Positions 38,621 through 52,265 of a stretch of DNA of 64,000 nucleotides are shown in pieces; the first letter of the stretch is position 1; each line of letters starts with the position of its first letter. A program made the position numbers and the translations under genes. Below the pieces are notes generated by a model. The model saw only the letters and a list, made by a program, of their open reading frames with translations. It searched no databases and was not told the DNA's origin. The DNA is taken from the NCBI GenBank assembly GCA_024704765.1, contig JAKMXF010000295.1:248001-312000 (forward strand). The letters run 5' to 3'. This stretch comes from Oopsacas minuta (taxonomy: Eukaryota > Animalia > Porifera).

Positions 38621-40629
38621 TCAAATGAATTTGTAGTAATAGTAACACTCGAACTTTCCACCTTTTTAGATTGACACTTTTACACTGTTGCAAAAGAGAA
38701 TTGCCAGCTCGGGTTAGAAAAAAAGCAAGTTAAAATTGTTGGAAATTAATACTAATTGGTAATTTCATGCTGGGTATATGAGGTTCATCAGACATTGTTA
38801 ATATTATGAATTTGTGATGAATTCTAGTTTGTTTCTTGCGCCATACATTCATTAGTTTTGCACGTTGACAAGCACCATTTCTACCAAATATATTATAGAT
38901 AATTTATCCCAAAATGAATTCGAGTAACGCTAATTCTGGTTCTCATTTATGCTTCTTTCAATATCACACCATTTGAGCTCCAATGCACCTAATTCATTCA
39001 CAATTTGAGATATTATACCATTTCGTGAATTTCCATCAACTAGATATAGGCAAGGATAAAATTCATATCGAGAATACACAATCCAACCTTCAGAATTACT
39101 TACCTAGAGTAATTCGTTAGTGGGTTCTTCAATAACGCCACATTATATTGGAAATGAAGTCATATATTGATTCAATAAGTTGTTTTTTCTTAAGAGAAGT
39201 ACTGACTAATAGCGGAGATAGTTGATAGATCGAAAATTGCCAGAGCAAGGGGTACAGAATGCGTATTATTTCCTGGATGCAAAACTTGGTGTGATATCTT
39301 AGGTGCTTTTTTTTACATGACATTCTATAGTTAAATCAATTTCATGAACGGGATGAAAAATGGACCATCGGATTGTTCCATGAGTGTTAATTCTAAGGTA
39401 GATGAAATTATTTATTTTGCTAAGAGGTTGTTGGTAATATATTTTATTACGTGTACACTATCGAAGATGAGGTACGTATATTTCTCTGGGTTTAATGGGT
39501 TGGTCATAGCGTTTTGAAGTATTTTGCATGGATACAGGACTTTGAGATATTTGTGTGCACTAACTTGTTGGATGAAGATCACAAACCATTGTTCTGATTG
39601 TCAATTTTGCTTTTTTGATTATAGATATACAGCTTAGTATACCATCCTGAATTATGTGGTGGTTACTCTTAGAGAGGCATCGCTTTGAGAATGTAAGGTA
39701 CAGATTTCTTTAAAGACACAACCATGAAACACTGTATACTTTTGTACATTTGAAGTTCAGAATTGCACCCAATTAACTTTGCCATTGTATTGTACTTCTT
39801 GTTGTATGCACATTTCATCTAACAACAGTACCACATCATTACTGAATGACAAGTTATCCCTCTATGAACATACACCTTTACTTGTATCAATACCTTGCGA
39901 CTTTAATTTACGTAATGGAGAATAACTAGGAAGGGGAAGAAAAATTTTAAGTATTTAAATGCTGAGTTAGACGTATTCCGCATGATAAGGGCAAATCTTA
40001 ACACATTAGCAGAATATGGAGGCCTTCATTTTTGGATTGTAATATTGTAATTTTTGAGTCCTTTTATAAAGTCTGTTTCACAAGTCCCTTCAGTATTCTT
40101 ACATGACACGAGAAGGTTCGTAAGCATATCTAGTGATGCCAGCCTTGATACTTCAGCTCGATCGATATAGCTTGGAGGAGGAATAGGAGGCCTTCATAGC
40201 TGCCGCCGTATTCACTAAGCATACTGAGTACTTAAGTACTAAGTATGTACTTAAGTCGTATTCACTAAGAGTTAAGTACGTACTTAAGTATCACTTATAT
40301 TCATGAATTTGTGAGTTTCTGATGGATTGCTTTGCAGAATTACTTTCAATCATCCAGGAATATATTTTAAAAACTTTTCATGTTTTATGCATAATCTCAC
40401 AATAATATTGTGGTTTACGTTCATGAAATATTCCACAAATAATATTGCAAGGAATGCCCCGAATGCTTATGATATAACATATGTGTTACTAAGGAATGCA
40501 TTACTTTGTACGTAATGTTAAATAATATCATTCTGAATTCTACATTCCAAGTTACTAATGAATGTTTTGCTAAATACAATTTATGATCAAATATAATATA
40601 TGAATCTTCAAGTATTGTAATATAAACAA

Positions 40630-41675
40630 ATGGCACAGATGATTCCACGATTTCTCGCAGAAGAAGAAACCTCTTCCTCAATGGTACGTCAACGAGTTTT
40701 CCGGGATCTCAATGATCCCCTAGATTGCTATGATGATGTGAAACTTGTTCGACGTTTCCGTTTCTCTGGAGCTTCAATATCTAAAATTACAGAGTTGATA
40801 GCTAACTATTTGAATTTCACCGAGCGTTCTTGTGCTGCTTCCCCTCACTTGCAAGTTTGTGTGGCACTTCAATTTTTCGCTTCTGGAACGTTCCAGATAA
40901 TTTATGGAGATGGAATAAACGTAAGCCAGGCTTCTGCCTCTCGTTATATCCGAGATGTTTCTCTGGGTTTGCAAGCTATCTACCATCAGTTTGTTAGTTT
41001 GCCTGCTGGTCTCAAGAGGGTAGAAGTCAAAACAAGTTTTATGAGATTGCTCACTTTCCAGGCGTAGAAGCATTAGTTGACGGAACACACACACGAATCC
41101 AAAGACCCTCGGAAAATGAAGCAGATTATATAAATCGGCATTTTTACCACTCAATTAATGTCCAAGCTATTTGCCGACCAGATGGAATGTTTAGTGATGC
41201 ATTAGCACGTTTTCCTGGATCTGTTCACGATTCACGAATTTGGAAGATTTCAGGGGTTGGGATGCATGTTGAAAATACCTTTTCAATAGGGGAGCATATA
41301 TTAAGAGATAGCGGTTACATGATGAGGCCATATTTACTCACTCCTTATCGCCAACCAATATCTACTCCCCGATTTAACTACAACTATGCGCATAAGAGGA
41401 CAAGGGTTATTGTTGAACAGACATTTGGGCGATGGAAACGAAGATTTCACTGTCTTCATGGAGAGCTCAGGATGAGTCCAGATAAAGTTTGTTCCATCAT
41501 AGTTGCTTGTGCAGTATTGCATAACATAGCAATACAGTGGAAACAACCTCTCTTAGAGGATGAAGTCTCCGATGATTCCTATCCGGATGATGTTCTTGAC
41601 TTTGAAGAAACTGATGACCATTTAGCATCAAAGCATTACAGGGATCAATTTTCTATTCATAATTTCAGCAACTAA
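40630..41675 (+). pseudogene. Harbinger (HARBI1-like) DDE transposase, one frameshift near 41040
   Basis: VALQFFASG, LVDGTH, INVQAIC, FPGSVHDSRIW, LRDSGY, RVIVEQTFGRWKRRF; the two halves are joined by one apparent 1-bp deletion in a T run. Confidence 0.93.
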
Positions 41676-41903
41676 ATTCACATAGTATATATGTTGTGAT
41701 GTAGATATGTAACATTTTGCACAGTTAGTGATTATAAGGTAACATGGGATTTGTAGTTTTGAAACATCTAAGCAGGATGTTGGTCTTTGTAGTTGGGATA
41801 TTTATTTGTGAAATGTATCAAGTATCGCACTTGAATTGGGGCTAGTTGTTGCATTATGAAAACTATAAATTGGTGGAGGTTATTGATATTCCAAAGCAAG
41901 AAT

Positions 41904-42632
41904 ATGGCCAAAGGTCGCAAAGTAAATTGGACAAAGGAGGAGAAGTATACACTCATTGAGGCAATCCAGGATACTGGAGATATATTGAGAGGTACTGCTG
42001 GTCAGTGCGCGGAGATAAACAAAAAAAAGACGAGGCTTTGGAACCATGTTAAGAGGAAAATCTATTCCATCCATGGCAACAACCGAGATGTAAAAGATGT
42101 AAAAAAGAAGTGGAACAATCTAAAAGGTTCCGCAAAAGCCCGTGTGGATTCCAGTCGAAGGGAAGCGAGGAGGATAGGAAGAGGGCCAAATGAAGCTGGT
42201 GAAGTGGAGGATGAAGACATCCGGATCCTTAGCTCCGATAGGGAATTATCTACATCTGTGACGGAGAGAGTATCACAGATGTTCTCAAGTACGCCAGCGT
42301 TCACTGGAATATGTAGTAGTGTTGATATGTTTCAAGCCCCAACAGCATTGCCTTCACATACCGAGATTAGCGAAAGCAGTGAAGTAACGCCAGTGTTTGA
42401 GGCACCAGCAGAAGTTACTGTAGTTAACAGTCTTCCAGAGGGAAGGCGTAGGCGTAAGAGGAGCATCGAACAGTCAACATCGGTCTCTGATTTACTTCTT
42501 CTGCAACGAGAAGTGCTCCTTAAACAGATGGAAGTATTCTCGGCTCAACTACAGCTGATTGAAGAGCAGAAGGAGTATTACCGTCATAAAAAGCAGAGAG
42601 TTTTAGAAAAAGATCAACAGCAGCAGCTTTAG
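41904..42632 (+). CDS. Harbinger Myb/SANT-like DNA-binding protein, intact, 242 aa
   Basis: RKVNWTKEEKYTLI..LW..I..RDVKDVKKKWNNLK trihelix motif and C-terminal coiled-coil; lies inside the Harbinger TIRs. Confidence 0.9.
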   Translation: MAKGRKVNWTKEEKYTLIEAIQDTGDILRGTAGQCAEINKKKTRLWNHVKRKIYSIHGNNRDVKDVKKKWNNLKGSAKARVDSSRREARRIGRGPNEAGEVEDEDIRILSSDRELSTSVTERVSQMFSSTPAFTGICSSVDMFQAPTALPSHTEISESSEVTPVFEAPAEVTVVNSLPEGRRRRKRSIEQSTSVSDLLLLQREVLLKQMEVFSAQLQLIEEQKEYYRHKKQRVLEKDQQQQL

Positions 42633-45025
42633 ATATACGATTTAGTCATATTGTAACATCATAGAAAACAAAAATTTATAGTGAAAGTATGAATTAATCA
42701 AGGAAAACGAATGAATGAAGTAATTACATCAATGTTATCGATAAATATAATATTTTGGGAAACTTAAAATAGAGCTTGAATAACTTAAGCAACTTCGGTA
42801 GGTTACTTAACTTTTGTACTTAAGTACACACTTAAGTATAAGCTTAATCATAGTGAATACAGCCCCTGAGGTTGATGTCCAGATTGCTATCAATGTGTAA
42901 GCATTCCTTGACTGTTGCAACCCCAGAAGATATCATAACTAGGCAGTTGTACACTACTGTTATCAGAAATATATACTTAAAAATTGTTGTATTCCTGAGA
43001 ACTTTTGATGTATCTCACACCTTCAAAAGAGCCGATTTCAAATTTAGATTTAAAGGAATTAATTATCTGGTTGAAATATTCGTATTTTGGGAGCTTTTCT
43101 AAGTTCACTTGGGGCTGGAGATAAACTTGACGGCATGAAGCTAGGGTCGATAGTTGAGATTGGCTTCATGGAATAATTAAGTGTCAATTTCGTTTCATGC
43201 TTAATAATGAAAATCTCTTCGAAGTGATCGATACAGATTACGGAATATTTTTAATGATCTCGAAATTAATTCGATTTACGAACTCCAACCAAGTTTTGGA
43301 CAAGGCTGGATCACCGGCAACTTGAACACAGTTTTCTTTCGGCCTTCATTGAAGTTAGTGTAACAATTTGTTACTGAACACTTATTTGGCATCGTAGTAG
43401 CTTATAGACAGTATTTGCTAAAAATTTAATTGTGTCCTGATGTAAATGATTATGTAATCTATCCAGCATGGTAATATTGATGAAAATGCTATAAATGGAT
43501 AACTAGAAAGCTTCGCTTGCTAGATCGATCCGCGACAGTTTAGTGCTTAAGGTTAACTTAAATATTCAACAGCTTTGAGGAGTACCTGTGATTCAAATTT
43601 CAAACTTGTATCATGTATATTAGCGGACAGTTGGCAATAATATGATTTTTAATTCCAAATAGGTGACAAATACGTCATAATTTCGTCATTGGTGTGAATT
43701 TTCGTCCAAGACTCAAACTTGTCCGAACCAGGCCAAAATACACCTGTATGCCAAAAATTAGACATTGGGTCTTCCAGTTTCAATCTCTAAACTGACTTGC
43801 AAATATTTGTATAGTCGGAGATAAAGTCGATTTTGCAAAATTCATTACGTATATATCTTTAATATGTGCCACTTGTGGCACAAAATGAAAATACTAATAA
43901 GTCAATAAGACTTGCTGTAAACCTTTCGAAAAATTCATTGTTGTGGGGTAACACAGACCCGCAGTTTTCAAATATGCTATCAGAATTGTTTATCTCATAT
44001 GAGTTTTGTGCAATTAGATTTGAATATGTAGTAATATCTCATTATATTTAAAGAACAAAGTGTGGCTATAAATTATCTAATTATAAATTATCAGTGATTT
44101 AGACAGGATATTGTTAAGCAACACGGTCATATAGTTCGTTCAGTTATTATATTCGCCTTATAGCCTGGATATATATTTGTATATTTAGTTGTATTGAAAA
44201 TAATTATGCTCGGATAGTGTATACGGTATATACTATACATACAGATATATTATTTTCGTTTTAATAGTATAGATAGTCAAGCTGAAGTTGACTCATCTAA
44301 TATTTCAAGCGCCAGGTTTCCATATTGCCTTTGTAAAATAGATAGTCTACAAGATTTTTATGTTAACTTTGGAATCCGCTTGAATATCTTACACTGTTCA
44401 GATTTGCGCATAGTTCGATCGTCCTCAAAATCGTATGATAAATATGAATTATGAAAGAATATTGGTGAATAGATATTTTAACATTCGGTATTGAACAGTG
44501 GAGGATCCAGAAGGGGATGTGGGATGAATACCTACACCAAGAACCCTATACATGATATGGAAAAAGGGCATAATCTTTGGGCGGCAGGGTGACATGCGTC
44601 CCCAGAATTTGTACCTAGGAAGAATGTATACCCAGAATTTGTGCCCGAATCACTCAAATCATTCGTTAATCCAAGGATAAATAAATTGATGATGAGTAAT
44701 AAAACAATTTATTGCTAAGTAAATATTCTCACTTGATTTCACCCAATCCATACTCATCATACAATTTTTACGTAATCATGGCGATATAAACTGAAAAAGT
44801 TCAAATTTCTGATAATTTCAGAAATATTTTTCATCTTCGAGGCACAAAGTGCAGAGATGAATATCCAAAGCTGCGTAGCAGTTCTATCGTCACCACAGGA
44901 GATTGTATATCTATTTTGGGTTGGACCATTTTATCAAGGATATTAATTTAATAAATTTCAACAATATGAAATTAAAGGTATGGCAATGAGTGTGCAAAAT
45001 CTCACGTCACCTAGAAACCCTAGGT

Positions 45026-45095
45026 CTGTGGTGCCCAACATTGGGTCCACAGGATATGTTAAAGTTGGTATAGTGAAAAAGGTGGGGAACCGCTA
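45026..45095. mobile_element. 70-bp hAT mini-MITE
   Basis: Termini CTGTGGTGCCCAAC / GTGGGGAACCGCTA; TSD CCCTAGGT/CCCTAGGC (7/8). Confidence 0.6.
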
Positions 45096-46149
45096 CCCTA
45101 GGCACTATGAGAAACCCGAGTACACGGCCGCACGTCTGCGTCAATTATGAAAAACATGAAAAAATTACTTTAAGCTTATCTTCCTTTGAATTACAATTTT
45201 TGAATTATAAGGCCCAACAGTTTGCTAATCATCACTAAAAATTAGGATATATGTTTGTGACTTACTACTTGACTTACTACATATCACTTTGCCACTACTC
45301 TCCATCCTCGATTTGTTTTTATGTTTTTCAGTGTGTCTTATTTTTGTTAGCTTGTAATGTCATTTCCTCAAACATACCCTCTAATTCCTCTACAGAATCA
45401 TTTGATTTTCTTACCTAATACGAGTATTGCTTCTGTAGTGAGTGTCATGGTCTAAAGTTGCATTGTACCCTATCACAAATTGCATGGTTAGAATAAATTG
45501 AAGAGTTCCAAAAGTATGCTGGCCAACTGGCACTCTGACATGAATGGTCCTACTACAATATGTGGTAACTGGAAGCTGTCTCTCACTGTTAGTGTCATAT
45601 TAAGCTGGCTCGCTGTAAAAAACGCAGTTCGCCATGAGAAGAATAGATCACTTTTGTACAGTGCTCAGGTGGCCAAAAGTAGATCACACTGAATCAAAAT
45701 ACTAGTATTGTGATTCAAGTGGGAAATTGAGAATGGGGAAGAAGAGTAACAGAAATGGTGCAGGGAGACCCCAACTTTTCCTGTTCACACCCCGTTTCGA
45801 CCAACAATTACTCGGGAAGGGTTAACCCATAGCCTTATAACTCAGGACGAAACTGCTGGGCAGATGGATCAATAGGTGCGGGCTGGGCTTAGTGCAAACC
45901 GAAGTCTAGGGGTCATCCCAAATATGCAGCCTTTCAGGTTACAGATCACCAGGGACAATTACTTTAAAACCTGTTAATTTCAGCCAAAGGCGGACAAAGC
46001 CAGCAGTTACTACAGTCTTCATTCGACAACTACAGCTTGTTACCACGACGCCTAACTCCTCCATGTACCAACAGTGATTAATCAATACATTTAGGTCGTA
46101 ACGACATTCTTAAAGAATTAATAAAATGTGGCAGGAAAATAGTCTAATA

Positions 46150-46327
46150 CAAGGTTGAAACCGTTCGAACCGAATATCAGTATTCATGAATAGTAGACTA
46201 AACCAATACTGATATTATTCGGTTAAACCAACCGAATATACTGATAATATTCGGTTTGGGCCAACGGAATACCGAATACTGATATTAAGTTGGTAACCGA
46301 ATATTGAACTGTCCGGTTGCAACCTTA
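46150..46327. mobile_element. hAT-type MITE, 178 bp
   Basis: TIR CAAGGTTGAAACCG vs TAAGGTTGCAACCG; TSD GTCTAATA/GTCTAAAG (6/8); ACCGAATA repeats. Confidence 0.7.
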
Positions 46328-46620
46328 GTCTAAAGGTTACTCTACACGTATTTCTTAAATTAGTACTCCATACACTGAGGAAATGTACCACTTCTTACAG
46401 AAAAGCAGATTGAAGCATGCCACAATGACTTCCCAGTTGTAAATCTAAAATCCATAAATCCATAGGGACAAAATATCGATAAATCCATATGGATATTTTC
46501 ATAAATCCTTACGGATAAAGCTTTGCTGCTTTGATTGAATGTCGTAATAATAGATTCATGGCTCGTCACCAGTTATGACTTCTGACCAGCGTCGCGAATC
46601 TTTTTTGGAATACTTTAGCA

Positions 46621-48955
46621 CAGTGGTTCTCAAACTGGGGTATGCCAGCACTTTTCCTAGGGGTACGCCGGTGTTTCACCTAATCATATCAATTCTGGAA
46701 TAATCATATACAAATATTTTGAGTTACACACTATCATGTCAACAGACTCAGCACATAGAAAGCAATTTCATGCCAAATAATTAATATGTATCAGTTACAA
46801 TGGTTTCATCACTAATTATTATCACTCTTGAATATTTATTGTTTGAGGTTATGTTAATTAAGGATTCCATTGTCCGTACATATGTGTCAACTCATATTGA
46901 TTTGAATATCACACCCACCCGTGTATCGTATTGTTCTTATAAAATGGAAATTAGAAGAGTATTTCTTTGAGACCTTGACTTTATCACCAAATTCATATGG
47001 AATCTGCTAAGAAACGGAAGTATAATGAAGACTATATCAAATATGGATTTATATCCATACTTAAAGAGGGACGGGAACTACCACAATATGTAATATGTTA
47101 TAAGGTGCTATCTGAGGGCTCGATGAAACTAAGTTTTCTAAAACGCCATTTAAGCGGGTGCCACCCAAATCTTGCAGATAAGGATATAGATTTCCTCAAG
47201 CACCAAGAGGTAGGAGTAAAGCGAATCCGTATAAATCACAGAGGACAATTAAGTCAACAGACTCAAGCAGGTCTTCGTGCCTCGTACATGGTGGCTTTGC
47301 GAATCGCTCAAGAAAAGAAACCACATACGATTGTAGAAAATCTTATACTCCCCTGTTGTAAGGACATCGTGCACTGCATTTCGGGAGATAGCGCCGAAAA
47401 GAAACTCTCCTCTCTGCCTCTCTCGAACGACACAATCAAGCGCCGAATTACAGATATGGCAGATGACGTTGAGCAGCAGGTAGTTGTTGAGATTTTGGGA
47501 GCCCCGTTGAACACATTTTCAATTCAACTTGATGAGTCAACGGATGTTTCTAGTTGTGCACAACTACTGGTATTTGCACGGTACATCAAAGACGGGGACT
47601 TCAAGGAAGAGTTCCTATTTTGCCATTGTTTGGAAACAACTACAAAAGGAGAAGTCTTCCAGCAGGTCTCTGATTACTTGGATAGAATGGGACTATCCTG
47701 GAAGAATGTTTCTGCTTGCACAACACATGGTGCTCCTGCTATGCTTGGAATTCATTCGGGATTTCGAGCTCGGGTAAGACAGTGAATCCCGTTTCGAAAC
47801 ACAATCAGTGTATGATACACCGATACGCTCTTGCGTCTAAAACACTTCCATTCGATCTAAAACTTGTTCTTGATGATGTTATCACCATGGTCAATTTTAT
47901 CAAGTCCAGTGCTCTTAATACACGTGTGTTCCGCCTATTGTGCCAAGAATTAGATATTGACCATCAGAATTTGCTGTTCTATACTGAAGTTCGTTGGCTC
48001 TCACGAGGGAACATGCTCTCTCGAGTATATTCACTGAAAAACCAATTGCTTGAATTCTTTGAACGAGATGGGAAAGAGAAGTCAAAAGTATTCTTCGGCA
48101 AACTCTCAGACAAAGAATGGCTGAAAAAACTCGCCTACTTAAATGATATCTTCTCGCGGATCAGCTTGCTCAACAAGTCCCTCCAAGGACGGTTTACTAC
48201 CGTGATTGATTGTGTGGACAAGATTCGGGCATTCATTATGAAGTTAGAACTCTGGGAAGCAAAGTTAACCGTGGGAAAGTTCGATTTTTTTGAAAGCCCC
48301 TCAGCAACTCTTGGAGAAGAGGGTACTACAGATCAAAGTATAGGTGCTCTAGTAAAGGCTCACCTCTCAGCAATGCGAAATGAATTTCAAACTTACTTCC
48401 CAGACTTGAGCGACCTGGACATGAAAATGATTCGAAATCCATTTAGATGCGATGTAAGTTCTATACCAGACAGAGTCCAAGAGGAATTTGTTGAATTAGT
48501 CAATGATTCTATTGCCCGAGATCAATTTGAAACACTCGCACTCACAAAGTTCTGGTGCGAAATGAGCTTGATATATCCCAACGTGGCAGATAGAGCAGTA
48601 AAAACCTTGTTGATGTTTGCCAGTACTTACCTTTGTGAACAAGGATTTTCAGCGCTATTACTAATTAAAAATCAAATTTCGAGCGCGGTTGTCTGTGGAA
48701 GCTGATCTCCGTCTGTCCGTTTCAAAAACTGTGCCACGAATTGATAGCCTGATACGCAACATGCAAGCACATCCTTCTCACTAATTAATTATCTACTTTA
48801 TTTATATTGCTAGAATAAAAAACACTTTTATTTTTCACAACTGGGTAAAAGGGATTGTAAACCTAATATTTACAATGCAGGGCATTTTAAGGGGTACATC
48901 ACACACAAGATCCAGCTTGAGGGGTACGCAATGAGAAAAAGTTTGAGAACCACTG
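46621..48955 (+). mobile_element. Full-length Charlie/Buster-type hAT element
   Basis: TIR CAGTGGTTCTCAAACT at both ends; perfect 8-bp TSD CTTTAGCA. Confidence 0.96.
46997..48784 (+). pseudogene. Charlie/Buster (ZBED5-like) transposase with 2 frameshifts
   Basis: KRKYNEDYIKYGF, LDESTD, TTHGAPAM (D changed to H), CMIHRYAL, EVRWLSRG, STYLCEQGFS; frameshifts near 47783 and 48670. Confidence 0.93.
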
Positions 48956-49751
48956 CTTTAGCAGCATAAAACGACAAAATTCTAGTCGACGATTTTTTTG
49001 TTCAAAATTTAATAAATGGGGACCAACTTAGAACAAACCCTCTTTAGCCCAAGGTGTTGGTGTAAGATGGTTTCTATTGTCCCCGATGAGACCAAAACCT
49101 CGAAAGCTAACTGTCTGACAGTGATTTGCCTATCCTCAGTTACTAGCTTCGATACTTTGTTGATATTCTCCTCGGTGGCCGCCGTAATTGGATGTCCTGA
49201 ACGTGACTCATCGTCAAGGGATGTGTGGCCTAAACGGAATTGACGATACTACTTGTAGATGTTGGATTGGGTTGGACTTTGATCCTCAAAGATAGAAAAC
49301 ATCTCACAACTGCAATCCGCAACGTTTAATCCACGTTTGAAATTGTAGAAAATGATAGCACGGAAATCTCTCTTATTCAAATTTTCCATAATATTAAAAT
49401 ATTGAAAGTGAAGACTATAAAATTGGCTACAAAAAATCGAGTATAGTACTTATAATCCTGAAATTTGGTTAGGAAGTATGGATTCACTAGGTATGTATGT
49501 GGTTACGTTAAATTAGCTCTACTGTAAGTGCTTTGTATAGTTTACTCGAACTTATTGAACACTCCGTATTATATGGACCCCCTTTCGGCTGGATAACAAC
49601 CTCCCTTTATCAAGAAAGGAGATCGAAAGGTTCTAGGCGGAATTTATAAATATTGTATAATTGGATACAAATTTGTATGATTACAACGGAGGTGAAATGT
49701 TATTTATGGATTTATGGATATTTTATGGATATGGATATTTTATGCATATTA

Positions 49752-51078
49752 CTTAGTGAGATACAAAAGTAATGAGACTCTATTTCTACGTGATTATTTA
49801 GGAGAGTTAAATAAGTTATCATATTGGATTTATGAAACGTAATCCCCCATACATTCAATCACAGACTTACATTGCCTATAAAATCTTTGAATTTCCAATT
49901 GGAAACGTTCTATTGGCAGCTGTCTCATGAATTGTAGCGTTTTCTTTTGGATTTCTTCTGCACTAGAATATTCATCTTGCCGTAGATGCTTTTTAAGCTC
50001 CTTGAAAACTCACCTATCGCACTGATTCAAGTCTGGACTGTATGGCGATTGTTTAATTAACATCATATCCCTCCTTTTAAGGTATTCCATTGTCGCTCTA
50101 GCAGTATGGGGTCTAGCGTTGGCATGTTGCCACCATAATTCACAAAGTTTTATTGGATTTGTGTGAAGTTTGCGCCATCTTTCTCCAGTGGATTGTATAA
50201 AGTCAATATATACCTTTGCATTTATTGTCCCTTTGGGGCGTGAGAGAGCAACGCTGAATTTCCTATCACCAATAAATGCCAAAATGATTAATGCCTTACG
50301 ATTTGTCAGTTGAGGTTGGACAAGTCGAGGACACTTCTGATCAGGGGCCAGCCATGCTTTGTTCCCTGTCTTTGTTAGATGAGGATCAAAGAACACCCAA
50401 CTCTCGTCCTCAGTTGCCCAACACCCTAGAAATTTGGCCATTGAGTATTTATCAATCATCTCGACGATTTCTTGAGCACAGACCACCTAGAGTCCATGTT
50501 AGCCTTAGAAAGCTGGTGTGGGACCCAGACAGAGCAGACCTTCTCAACCCCAGTATCCCAACTAGGATGCGTCTAACCGATTCTCTACTAATCTTAGTTG
50601 CATCAGCTAGTATTCGAACTGACTGTTTAGGTTCAGCTTCAATTAATTGACGAATTTATGAATATGGACGTCGTCTGTCGAGGAACGAGGGCGGCCCACT
50701 CTGGGATCGTTATTTAACGAAAGTCTCTCCTCATTAAACCCTTGATACCATCTAAACACAATCTCTCTTGGCGGGGGTTCATCGAGTTTTGCTTCTAGAA
50801 GTTGATCATGAATTTCTGACGGGCTTTTACCCCTGCTAAACTTGATAAATATGTAAACCCTGAATTGTTCTTTGTCTAAATTCATCAACGCTGCAGGAGT
50901 ATATTCTCTATGAGGAAATATAGTGAATTACCAGAGAAGCAATGATAATGAATTGTGTATAAACGGAATTATGTACAACATATGGTGTAGTATTAACAGT
51001 CATGGGCAGATGACACATATAATTTGTGATTATGCTCAAGTTACACATCGAGTCTCATTACTTTTGTGTCTCACCAAG
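49752..51078 (-). mobile_element. mariner (DD34D) element, degenerate
   Basis: 28-bp TIR CTTAGTGAGATACAAAAGTAATGAGACT (2 mismatches) with TA flanks; WVPH.L, TEDESW, HANARPH (D changed to A), YSPDLNQCD at 34 spacing. Confidence 0.92.
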
Positions 51079-51109
51079 TATATGGATTTACAATCAAAAG
51101 TCTAAGTGC

Positions 51110-51673
51110 GAATTCAGAAACATATTGAGGCTGGCATTTATTGGAGGTTATGCAGCATTTTTCTCGAATGAAAAACTATCTAGAGACAGACTTTTGTGTC
51201 CTGGATTTACTACCGTACTAATTCAATACAAATCGTTTGAAATAGAAGACTTTGAATCTAGTTTAGCATTGATTCAGATATTGGATAGTGGAGGACTAAA
51301 GTGGCCATCGAATCAAGTTCCAAACCTATATTGACAATTTCGAAAGTATTCGTTGGGACAGAAGATTGATCTTCCTGGAGATAACTAAATTATGTGAGCA
51401 GTCAGGAATATCATTATTGGGGGTGGAGGATGTGTAATTACACGATATTAAATATATCAAAATTGATATTGTTATAAATTATGTTATATTAAACGAATAC
51501 TGCCGGAGAAATGTGTTATTTTATTAGGTGCAAGAATTGATTAAAACGAGTTAGTAAAATTTTAGTGTTCCTTTTCGTTACGAACGTCGCACTTCGGCGT
51601 ATTTGGTTAAAAACTCGATTTTATCTTATCTCTAGTCCTAAGTAGTGAAATGGCCTGTATGTAGTAGGCCATG
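51110..51673 (+). pseudogene. P-element 3' end fragment with TIR-like end
   Basis: LAFIGGYAAF..LDSGGLKWPS; GGCCTGTATGTAGTAGGCCATG at 51652-73 resembles the right TIR at 24122-46. Confidence 0.6.
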
Positions 51674-51681
51674 AGTTTAGG

Positions 51682-52265
51682 CAAGGGTGCTCAACTGTGG
51701 CCCGCGAGACCTTTCGCTGTAGCTCGCAGATAATTCGCTTGTTTTCATTATTCATATATATATATATAGTAGATTGACGTGCTTCAATCGTCAGACAAAT
51801 AATAATTGGGTTTTCTAAACACCATATAGATATAATTACAGATACTCTACAAATGCATCAATGTTCCTAGTATGAATACAGTATTGTAAATATAGTTTGC
51901 ATCTACGAATTCTAACAATTAATTAATAGAGCTTCACAAGTATAACGTAGGAGGCAGAACCTAAGTTGAAATTGCGAGTTCTAGCAGAAAACGAGATTAC
52001 AGTGAAGTATCTCGCAGTTTTAATGAAAAATAGACAGATTTATATTTTTTGTCGAGAGTAATGGAAAGGCTGTTTGTTTAATATGCAGAGAAACAATGTC
52101 TGCTATTAAGGATACAATTTAGAAGATTATAATTTAAGTCAATAACCTGAATTTACAAGTAGAATCCATTGTTAATGCAATATGATAGCTTGAAAATTGA
52201 TTAAACTAAAGCCAGAGTCGATCTATGAATTGTGGCCCCTAGATTTAAATGTTTAAGCACCCCTG
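51682..52265 (+). mobile_element. hAT (SPIN/GTF2IRD2-like) deletion derivative
   Basis: Termini CAAGGGTGCTCAAC / GTTTAAGCACCCCTG; TSD 6/8; coding remnant FVESNGKAVCLICRE near 52050. Confidence 0.7.

Larger units (their letters stand above)
40203..42865 (+). mobile_element. PIF/Harbinger element with transposase and Myb/SANT genes
   Basis: 15-bp imperfect TIR (CCGCCGTATTCACTA / GGGCTGTATTCACTA), 3-bp TSD CTG; the P-element coding sequence rejoins when the element is removed. Confidence 0.93.
38900..43392 (-). pseudogene. Third THAP-P transposase relic, split by the Harbinger
   Basis: THAP MPNKCSVTNC..WLEFV..ICIDHF from ATG 43392; RFALIMRNTS, LLLDEMCIQQEVQY, MVCDLHPT, FDSVHVIKN, SVPLALAIF on the far side of the insertion. 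Confidence 0.88.
46510..49566 (-). mobile_element. 5' half of a mariner element, interrupted by hAT
   Basis: RAIIFYNFKRG..DDESRSGHP..LVPHLL continues across the hAT insertion to VITGDE; TIR-like CGGAGTGTTCAATAAG at the 49566 end. Confidence 0.85.

Noticed and set aside
45790-45870. GTTTCG..CGAAAC pair suggesting a Penelope-type hammerhead ribozyme
   Set aside because: No CTGANGA core in the required position on either strand.
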